From: Macrostomum lignano
Lineage: Eukaryota
Length of the DNA stretch: 64,000 bases
NCBI GenBank assembly: GCA_002269645.1
Contig: NIVC01000538.1
Span: 186,001-250,000 of the forward strand
Reading direction: 5' to 3'
The notes under the pieces were generated by a model. It saw only the letters and a list, made by a program, of their open reading frames with translations. It ran no database searches and was not told the origin of the DNA. Every line of letters begins with the position of its first letter. Position 1 is the stretch's first letter. Of the stretch, positions 40,101-49,573 are shown piece by piece. Both the position numbers and the translations under genes were made by a program.

Positions 40101-41347
40101 AGAAATTCTAGAATCAACCTATTACCTAACCTACAGCTACAAAAACAAGGCAAGCTATTTGACTTCTTCTTCTTCATATTTGGGTCACGGACATTATAGC
40201 TGTAGCTAATAGGACTGGGTGCCTAGCACCATACAGCCGGGTCGCTGACTCCACGTGGGCGGACAGTAGACAACGGAATCCAATTTGCAGCCTGCGGCGG
40301 GTGGCCAGAGAGTGTGGGGACCCAAATCCCGGTGCGCAGGGCTCCTCCACAGACCGACTTACACTGTAAAAACCGCCATCCACCACCAACCCAGCAGTGG
40401 GGGACAACTCTCCCAGGCAGCATACCCGGGGGTGAGACCAATTCGTCACCCCAGGGACATACAGGGATGCACAAAGCTCTTGCCACATTGGCGGGGTGTC
40501 CAGGGGCGCAACGTGGACGCTGGTCTTGTGCCACCCGCTGTTTGACTTGTTGACATTGCTGCAGCTGCAGCCCCTTTCTTTGACTGCTTAGAGTTTGAGG
40601 AAGAACTAGAATAGACATTCTTATTCTTCAGTTCCCATTTTTGAAAAACAAAATACTTTTTAATATGAGGAGAAAGATTAGGGTTTTGATTCTGCAATTC
40701 TTGTGCTTCATCATTGTCATCAGTGACTTCAATTATGTGAGTGTCAGCAATAGCATCAGCATTGGTATTCAAATTCTTGGACTTAGTAGAATCTGACTCT
40801 GTTTCTGACATGATGACAATTGACAATGAGTTGATGACAATGTCACAAATCAGTGAATCACAATTTATTCACGTATCAAATCAAATCAAATCAGATCACA
40901 ATGATGATCAGCTGGCTGAGTGGCCTGTATGGCTGTATGCTGTATTATTTTATATTATTAGTTTTTAACTTATTACTTATTATTATTATTAATAATTATT
41001 TAATTACAAAATAGCCTAAAGAAAAGAAAGCAAAACTGCAAAAGCCTACATAGTAATTCAGTAAATTCCTGTAAATTCTAAATACTATTATGTTACATAC
41101 ATTAAAAAAGATTTTAAAAGTTAAAATCAGTAAAACAAAATTGTTTAGAAGACTGAGAACCCTAAAAAACAAAGTAAAAAAAAATTTGTTGTCTAAAATT
41201 TAGCAAATTTCAATTTTAGCAAATTTGAGCTAAATGTAATGGCACTTTTGTAGCATATGCTAAGTTATTCAATTTAGCAATATTAGCGAATTTCAAAAAT
41301 AATAGCAGTGCTATATTCAAATTTAGCACCCGCTATGCCCATCACTG
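37130..41347 (-). pseudogene. Fossil hAT (ZBED-like) transposon
   Basis: Fragmented transposase: TVDYWTS...SYLSVTVHW, GSHTG..LA, TMDNGSN, C.TYTLNLV, LDVLQGEQ..YLGILLPTL, LASAFHP.F and dimerisation-domain NTAMPSSA. BED-like start at 40600-40700. Candidate terminus CAGTGATGGGCATAGC (reverse strand) at 41332-41347. Multiple stops and frameshifts. Confidence 0.8.
40166..40536 (-). mobile_element. 3' fragment of a non-LTR retrotransposon inserted into the hAT element
   Basis: GC- and CpG-rich island with a (GAA)4 tail. Flanking duplication GCT(A/G)TTTGACTT at 40154-40165 and 40537-40548. Confidence 0.65.
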
Positions 41348-43848
41348 TTAAGAGCATATAATATATATCCAAAAATTTAGGCACACATTGGCTTTGCAGT
41401 TTATATGGTAAATAGAAAAATTAATAATAAGTTTATATATAGTAATTTCTTGACAAATATTTAAATAGACAATTCAAATAAACAAGTCCTCTTTTTAACA
41501 AGGATGCTCAATGCAGGCTTTTTTAGCCATCTTTTTACACATTTATAAGCTTTATTTTGATAGAAAAAAATTAATTTATTTAATTATAGAAAAATGTAAA
41601 AAACTACAGCTTAGGAACACAAAAGTTTATAGTATTAACAACTCTGCTTTAAGTTTGAAGGGAATTTTCTCATTTTTTATAAAGATCTTTTTGAATAGGG
41701 AATAACTTCTATACCTCTATGCCTATTTTGGCAACAATGATATGTTTCACACATATAGTATAGTGCTTCTTCTAAGGAGATTTTTTGTTTAAAACATTAT
41801 TATATAGTTCCTATTCAACTCTAAGTCAAAAAAAGACTCCTGCTTTTGCTAAAAATATTTGCTTGTTGTTAGTTAAATTTCAAGGGAAAGCTTTTGCATG
41901 CCCTTGCTTTTAATTGACATTACAAGTGCTCCTAATCAACATTTAATTTAGAAAAAATTGCACTTGAAATGTGTCTACAATGAAATTTTAAAGGCCTCTG
42001 TAATAGTCCATGGATTTTTTGTTGCAATATAGTGCTGAATAGTTTTGTCTTTAAGTCCTAAATACCAATTACAATTTTTATGCATTTCTTAACTATAAAA
42101 TAAGGCCTTTAGCAATTAAAATGACTGAAATGTTTTGTTGATACTTAAAAGTATCAAAGCAAAGCAAAAGCAAAGTCAAAGCAAACTATTAAGGTATAAC
42201 ATGAGCCAAAGTTATTAAACAAAACAATGGCAATAAAGTAAGAAAAAAATACAGTGTGCTAGTTCTCTTAATTTTTTTCAATTGTCTTAGCTATTGATCT
42301 ATAGATAGCACTCTGCATATGCTGGAATTAATAGATAAAGGCCAGCAAGACTTATGATACCAAAATAGACACAAGAGGCATTTAATCTACATTGAAGAAA
42401 TATTAAAAGTTGGACCTTTTTTGAGCAATAACATTAAGAATATAGTCAAATTTGTTAACCTTATCCAATCTATTTCTGTATCCCTCCTAGGTGGCTCCTC
42501 AAGTCCATAAAGCTTGCAGTAAGGTTAGATTGTTTCTTTGCAAAAGTTTTCAAGAGCCAATCTGATTAGCTGGCATACAGCCTATAGTTTCTTTTGCAAA
42601 GCATTATTCAGAATAGTGCATTTTTAAAAAGCAATCTTTAACCAAAAAAGGCAGATATGCCACAAGAATAGAAGTCTTTTGCTGGTTACATATCAAGTGT
42701 AAAATGCTGACCTAGTAAATTGGCTAAATTGAAGCTGTCCAAAGAGGCTTCACCAATTGGCAAAGATAAGAAGGTGCTAAAAAGTTTTGTGTGATTCAAC
42801 AATGCAAACCATAGGACTAATGCACTCATACTAATCAACAGAAGATTGACTGTTGAAACTTATTTGAATTTATCCAACTATACTAAATTCTTATACTATA
42901 TTGCAATTTGATGCCTAGTAGATAAGCTTAGTCAGTCTAGATAATAGGCCTTTTTCAATGAGAAATCCATTGCCAGGAGCCAAAAGTGATTAGTGGCTAG
43001 AATCAGAACTAGTATAATAGAAATTTAAGTAAATTTGTATTTAATTTGAATAGTTCAGTTTGATTTGTGCTGCAATAAAAAGTTTTTTAGTATCTGTTAT
43101 CAAGGCAGACATTTCTTCCTAATAAGTAGGTTTTTAGATTTTTAAAAATGCTATCAGCAGTGTTACTAGCATTTGACAGTTTAAATAGGGCCAAAAAGTC
43201 ACTCTTCAACATTACTCCATTTTTTCCATTTACTAAAATAGCCAAATAGCCATAAATAACCTTTGTTTAATTGGATATAGAGGCTTGTCTCTCTACAATA
43301 GAGACAATGAGACAATCATCTATTTATAGAATTTTTATAACAGTACATGTATAAAAATAATAAATTCTGATACCAAATAATCTAGCCAATTTTGCTCATA
43401 TAAGGATGTCAATTGGTTGTCTATAAAATGTCTTTTAATGTTAAAACTGGATTTGAAGTACAGCTAGATAGGTAGTGAGTTTCAAAGCCTTTTTTCAGTG
43501 GGTGCTACAACATGAGTGGCTGGCACTGACAAAAGCTGCTATAGATAGCATGCTACAATCGGGAAGTCTTGCAGATAACTTTGGTTTGGGTAGTTCAAGA
43601 ATATTTTGTATATTTTCTTCCTTAGTGCTCTTTTGCACCCTTTTCAATATCCTTATTAAGTCCGTTTGATATACAAAACTGAAGATTTGACTTGATGTAT
43701 TGCAAAATATTTGCTTCTTTGATCTTTTCATATATCAATTTGGCATTTTTGACTGCAAACTATGCTGGCAAGAATGCTGGTAGAGTCGCTCGCTTGGCGA
43801 GAAGAATAAATAGAAAGCTTAATATCAGCATTTGAATGTGATTGCAGT

Positions 43849-43906
43849 TTCTAACAACTTCAGCGCGTTTCGCACGCCATGGTGCATCGTCAGGATTTTA
43901 TTAGAA
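43849..43906 (-). ncRNA. Second hammerhead copy, core U16.1 changed to C (predicted inactive)
   Basis: Mirror copy in the left arm reads GAAACGCGCT instead of GAAACGCGTT. Confidence 0.65.
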
Positions 43907-45442
43907 CGATTTGAGAAATTGAGATTGAAAGCAATTGATTAAATATTGGTTTTTGCAACGTACACAGGTAAGGAGGGTAAGATTGAAAACAATTGATTAC
44001 AACTTGGCTTTAACAACATACATAGGTATAGTAGGTAGGAGAGAGAATTATAGATTGAGAATGAAAGTTAAACCAAATGTACACAATTCTTGTCCAGTGG
44101 TCAAAAGGCAGAATCAGGGGCGGTAGCTAGCTTAGGTAATTGAACGTCAAGCTAAGTGTACACAGCGTGCACGACTGTGTCACTCACTGTTCAGAAAACG
44201 CGGAGAACGTGACCTGCACCACTATGTTGTAATTGGGTGTTGAGATTCGGGGTCTGAGCTTTTATGTGCAGGGCCTCGAGAATTCTAAGTTTGGCGTCAG
44301 TATGGCTTTGGTCAATGATTTTAAAGTGTTCTTCTGGTTTGCAGTCATTGCAGTTAGTGCATTCAAGGAGGTGAGTTTGTATAGCAGATGGTTTGAGCCA
44401 GTGTTCCCTGATCCTCGTGTGTAGGTGTCTTTTGGTTTTCCCCACGTAGGAGACGCTCTGGTCCACAGAGCAGTTAAATTGGTAGACAACACCTGCACGC
44501 AGAGTACAAGGAACACGCGACTTTAATCTGCTAACAAAGTTCCCAATCTTGTTCGTGTGGAAGACGACCCGGATGTTACGATTGAAAGAGGCAAAGAATA
44601 ACCTACGCATTCTGTTTTTAAAGGCTAGAGATGGAGGTCCGAGGAAGGGGAGACGCAGAATGGGTTCAAATTCTTCAGTGGTAACAGATTGCTCAGGTTT
44701 TTGTTTGGTGATTTTGTCCGAGATGAACTTGTTGATGATTTTTTGGACCAGACAAACGGGGTAGTCATTTTGATGGAACAGTCTGGTGAGGAACTGCACC
44801 TCCCGGTCAAAGTTGATCCAGGTGTTACAGGTAGTGAAAGCTCTATGGAGCAAACACCTCACAAGCCCAGTTTTCCATTGTCTGGGGCAAGTGGCTTGGA
44901 AGTTGAGAATGAGATTGGTAAAGCTTTTCTTACGGAAGACTTTTGTGGAGAGGGTTTCCTTACTGTAGTCAATGTCACCTCCTTGAATGCACTAACTGCA
45001 ATGACTGCAAACCAGAAGAACACTTTAAAATCATTGACCAAAGCCATACTGACGCCAAACTTAGAATTCTCGAGGCCCTGCACATAAAAGCTCAGACCCC
45101 GAATCTCAACACCCAATTACAACATAGTGGTGCAGGTCACGTTCTCCGCGTTTTCTGAACAGTGAGTGACACAGTCGTGCACGCTGTGTACACTTAGCTT
45201 GACGTTCAATTACCTAAGCTAGCTACCGCCCCTGATTCTGCCTTTTGACCACTGGACAAGAATTGTGTACATTTGGTTTAACTTTCATTCTCAATCTATA
45301 ATTCTCTCTCCTACCTACTATACCTATGTATGTTGTTAAAGCCAAGTTGTAATCAATTGTTTTCAATCTTACCCTCCTTACCTGTGTACATTGCAAAAAC
45401 CAATATTTAATCAATTGCTTTCAATCTCAATTTCTCAAATCG

Positions 45443-45500
45443 TTCTAATAAAATCCTGACGATGCACCATGGCGTGCGAAACGCGTTGAAGTTGTTAGAA
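45443..45500 (+). ncRNA. Type I hammerhead ribozyme in the Penelope pLTR (intact core)
   Basis: CTGACGA (45456-62), stem II GCAC/GTGC, GAAA, palindromic stem III CGCG and a GUU cleavage triplet. Stem I TTCTAATAA pairs with TTGTTAGAA. Minimal hammerheads are an established feature of Penelope pLTRs. Confidence 0.75.
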
Positions 45501-46519
45501 ATTGTAATCATATTCAAATGTTGATATTAAGCTTTCTATTTATGCTGGTAAGCTTTAATTGTGAATCCAAAAATACCTAACTCTAGTTATAAGCCTCCCA
45601 TAGTAGAAGATAAAGTGTAAGTACTATTACTTTGGTGGAACCTGCAAGTTGTCTCAAAATTGGAGTGTTGTAGGCTTTGATCCTTGAGTATACTAGAGGC
45701 TTTTTATTTTTATTATAGTAAAACCAATCATTGTAAGTCAAACTATGATTATTTTCAAATCATTTTCTTTTAAAACTCCTATAATAATACCTGTTATGAT
45801 CAAAACACTTATAATTATAGCTTTTTATTGTAACTTTATTTTCTGGATTTGGATAGTGCCTGATATTTTTAAATAGAATGCATCTGATGACAACTCTGAT
45901 AAAAAAATAGTTGACCACATGAGTCCATAGATTAAGAAGAACATCTTAAGAGCAAAAAAAGAACATTGACTTTGCAAATAAAGTCTTGGAGGAACAGATT
46001 CAAGGGAGGCTTCCCATTTTGGTCCATTTTGGCCCATAGAAAGTAGAAATAGAAAAAACTGCTTACATCTGCCAAACTGCACTAAGATTGGCCAAAATTC
46101 AACTAAGCTTTTCCAAAGGGGCAGGCCATCAACATTGACCTTAAAAAAAAGTTGCACCTCACCAGTATGAGACTTATTACCTAACAAGAAATTTTGAAAG
46201 GCATAGTGCAGATTATTGGACAAAGAAAAGTAGATATAGTTGCCATTTCACATTGCTTTGACTTGTGGATGCTTGTAGAGCAAGCAAAGGGTATCATTGA
46301 AATGCACAATATGTTGTTGGGACTTCTATACCAAACCTAGCAAGAAGTTGAAGAAGGAAGATAATTGCAGAGCAGGCAAGGGTTGAAGAGAAAAAAAAGT
46401 GTGCATAACTCTGGAAATATGCTACCATTTCTTGGTTGTACACTACTAGCAGCACAACCATTAGAAAAAGTAGGCTTGGCTAATTGTTCTTCAATATTAA
46501 CAATAGTCTTGTCTGCAAC

Positions 46520-47060
46520 ACATGCAGCATCCTAGTCTGCAATACCTGCAGCATCCTCATCCACAATACTTGTGGCATCCTCATCCACAATACTTGTGGC
46601 ATCCTCATCCACAATACCTGTGGCATCCTCATCCACAATACCTGTGGCATCCTCATCCACAATACCTGTGGCATCCTCATCCACAATACCTGTGGCATCC
46701 TCATCCACAATACCTGTGGCATCCTCATCCACAATACTTGTGGCATCCTCATCCACAATACCTGTGGCATCCTCATCCACAATACCTGTGGCATCCTCAT
46801 CCACAATACTTGTGGCATCCTCATCCACTATATTTGTGGCATCCTCATCCACAATACCTGTGGCATCCTCATCCACAATACCTGTGGCATCCTCATCCAC
46901 AATACTTGTGGCATCCTCATCCACAATACTTGTGGCATCCTCATCCACAATACCTGTGGCATCCTCATCCACAATACCTGTGGCATCCTCATCCACAATA
47001 CTTGTGGCATCCTCATCCACAATACTTGTGGCATCCTCATCCACAATACCTGTGGCATCT
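46520..47060. repeat. 24-bp tandem repeat (GGCATCCTCATCCACAATACCTGT)n, reading (DEDATGIV)n on the minus strand
   Basis: About 22 copies, open in several frames, upstream of the CMC-like transposase motifs. Confidence 0.93.
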
Positions 47061-48122
47061 TTGTCCAAAAATGGCTGCTTCCAAATTGCTTAAATCATAG
47101 TCCTCCTTAGGCAGAAAGAGCTTACCAAGAAAAGATGCCACACTGCAAAACTGATGTGCATGGCAAAGATGGCAAAGGACATTCCAGCTTGAGATCTAGA
47201 GCAGGTGTTGACTGGCATTCTAGGTGTGACAGTTTAAAAGCCCAGCTCATGCAAACTTTAGGATTGCCATTAGTTTCAGCGCCATCAGTGATGAAATGAT
47301 CTAAAGGCTTGTGTCAAAAATGCTTTTTTGGATCAGAAAGTCTTTCGACATATTCAATTTCATGCAGCATGGGTTCAATTGGCCACTTTTTTATGTCTTA
47401 TGCTGTGCTAAATGATCCCAATAAGTCTAATGATTGATAGTCATCTTCACACTAAAAAAATGATTGCATACTGTTTGACTCCATCAGAAGTAGCCATTAC
47501 AATTGTCTTCCAAGATGGATTCTCCTTTTGGTATTTGTATTTTGTTTGATTCCAATCAATGCATGTCTTTTGATACAATTTTAAATGTCTTGTCACTTAT
47601 GAAGAACACTAGTAGGAATTTGCATTGTTCAAATTGAATTAACATCTAAAATGAGAAATAATGCATGAATTAGACTTTAGACAACATGTTGTTTATTTGG
47701 CTTATAATTTATACGGATATTTGTTTGGCCCTTTTACTCCCTCTTACATAAAAAATCTTTTAATTCCCACTTAAAAACTTTTCTTTCTCCCATTCATATA
47801 GTCTTCTCCTCCCCTTTCTACCACTTCTATAGTTTTATCTTCTATATCTGCATGTCTAATTTATATCTACTATTCTCCAATACCTGTCTTTCCTTCTGCT
47901 AGAATCTTAGCTAAACTGACTACTTAGATAGGCAATCCTTTTAGGTTATAAGTTAATTCTTAATTCAAAGATCCACTTGCTAGACTGTAAATTATGCAGC
48001 AACAGCCATTTAGCCTCCTATTTTGCTTTCATGTATTTTTCATAAATTTATTTTGATCTGGCAGGCCGCCCCTAGGCGGACCAGGCGGTTCCTTTGGTCC
48101 AGCGCCTTTGCGTCCGCCGCCG

Positions 48123-48406
48123 ATGCAGCAGCAGCAGCAGCAGAGCTTCCGCGGTCCTCCGCCTCGAGGTCCTCCACCGCGGGGACCGCCGCCTAACAGC
48201 GCCGGAATCCGTAGTGGCGGCGGCAGCGGGGGCGGAGGTGGCGGAGGAGGCAGCCTGCCGCCTATGCTTCGCGGCCAGCCGCCTCCTGGCTGGCGGCCTC
48301 CGATAAGTGGCCCGCCGCCATCGCTGCAGCAGCAGCGCGGCGCTCCCCCGCCGCTTGGCGGCCTGAGCGGATCCCGGCCGATGCCACCGGGCGGGGTTGG
48401 GCCTCC

Positions 48407-48440
<34 letters not shown>

Positions 48441-49245
48441 CGCCCTCCAATGCCAGGCCAGGGCGGTTCCGGCCAGCAGCAGCAGTCGGGGATGCCACCA
48501 GCGCCGCCAAACCTTAGCGTGCCGCCGCCCGGCATGCCGACAGACCGGTCCGGGATGCCGCCTCCGCCCGGCTTCATGCCCTCCGGCCCGCCGCCGCCCA
48601 CGCCAGTCTCTATGGTTGGCGGCGGCTCTGGGGGGCCGCCCGGCCAGCATGCCATGCAGCAGCCGCCGCCGCACATGGCCTCGCCTATGGGTCTGCGCGG
48701 GGCGCCGCCGCCTGGCATGCCGCCGCATCGTCAGCAGGCGCCGCCGCAGCATTTGATGCCGAATCAGAATTCCTCCTCATCTGGGATGATGCGGCCGCCT
48801 ATGCCGCACATGATGGGCGGCCCGATGCAGCAGCAGCAGCAGCCTCATCCGCAGCATCTCGGCCCTCCCGGCTACGGAATGCCGCCGCCGTCGTTTGGTG
48901 GCCCGCCGCCGCCTCATCTGATGGGCCCGCCGCCCAACTCCATGATGGGCGGCGCCCCGCCGCCGCCGCCTCCGCCGCCGCCAGAGAATGTGTGGGTTGA
49001 GAACTGCACGCCTGAAGGAAAGCCGTACTTTTATCATCTGCGCAGCCGCGAGACTCGCTGGGAACGGCCTGAAGGGGCTCGGATTATGACTCAGGTAGGC
49101 ATGACTGCTCCGATAGCAACCAGACCATGTAAGCTGGCAGACAGATTTAAATATGTAATAGGAATGTAGGTAACCGCCTAGTAAGATGAAAGCATATAGC
49201 CAAATCGTGAGGTGGTCAGACAGATCTGCTGATAATAGTCATGTG

Positions 49246-49281
<36 letters not shown>

Positions 49282-49541
49282 TACAGAGACACGCTAAGGC
49301 AGGCAGACAGGACAGACGCTAAGGGAGACAGACAGGCAGACAGACAAGGCAAAAGCACTAGCATGCTGCATGCTGCACCATTTTTCAGGCGGAGGTCGAC
49401 GCTGTAGCCGAAGGCGCCCCTCCAGGTGCGGCGGCTGGCGGCCCCATGTCTGCCGGAGGGTCGGCCGTCCGATCCGGCATGCCGCCGGTGACTTCGGCTC
49501 CGCCTCTGTTCGGCATGTCCGGCGGGCTGCCATCCATGAGC

Positions 49542-49573
<32 letters not shown>

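Larger units (their letters stand above)
43783..45543 (-). mobile_element. 5'-truncated Penelope-like element with inverted pLTRs
   Basis: RT-thumb motif KTGLVRCLLHRA plus GIY-YIG endonuclease VYQFNC...SYVGKT.RHL.TRI.EH. 569-bp inverted arms at 43806-44374 and 44975-45543. TSD ATGCTGGTA at 43774-43782 and 45542-45550. Confidence 0.92.
42300..47070 (-). pseudogene. Fossil CMC/EnSpm-like (transposase-domain) DNA transposon, interrupted by Penelope
   Basis: Motifs TL.L..KHPQVKAM*NGNYIYFSL and FKVNVDGLPLWKS..EFWPIL (45825-46260) match the N.DG.PLFKS...WPIL transposase family. An acidic repeat ORF lies upstream; the rest is heavily mutated and its boundaries are uncertain. Confidence 0.6.
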
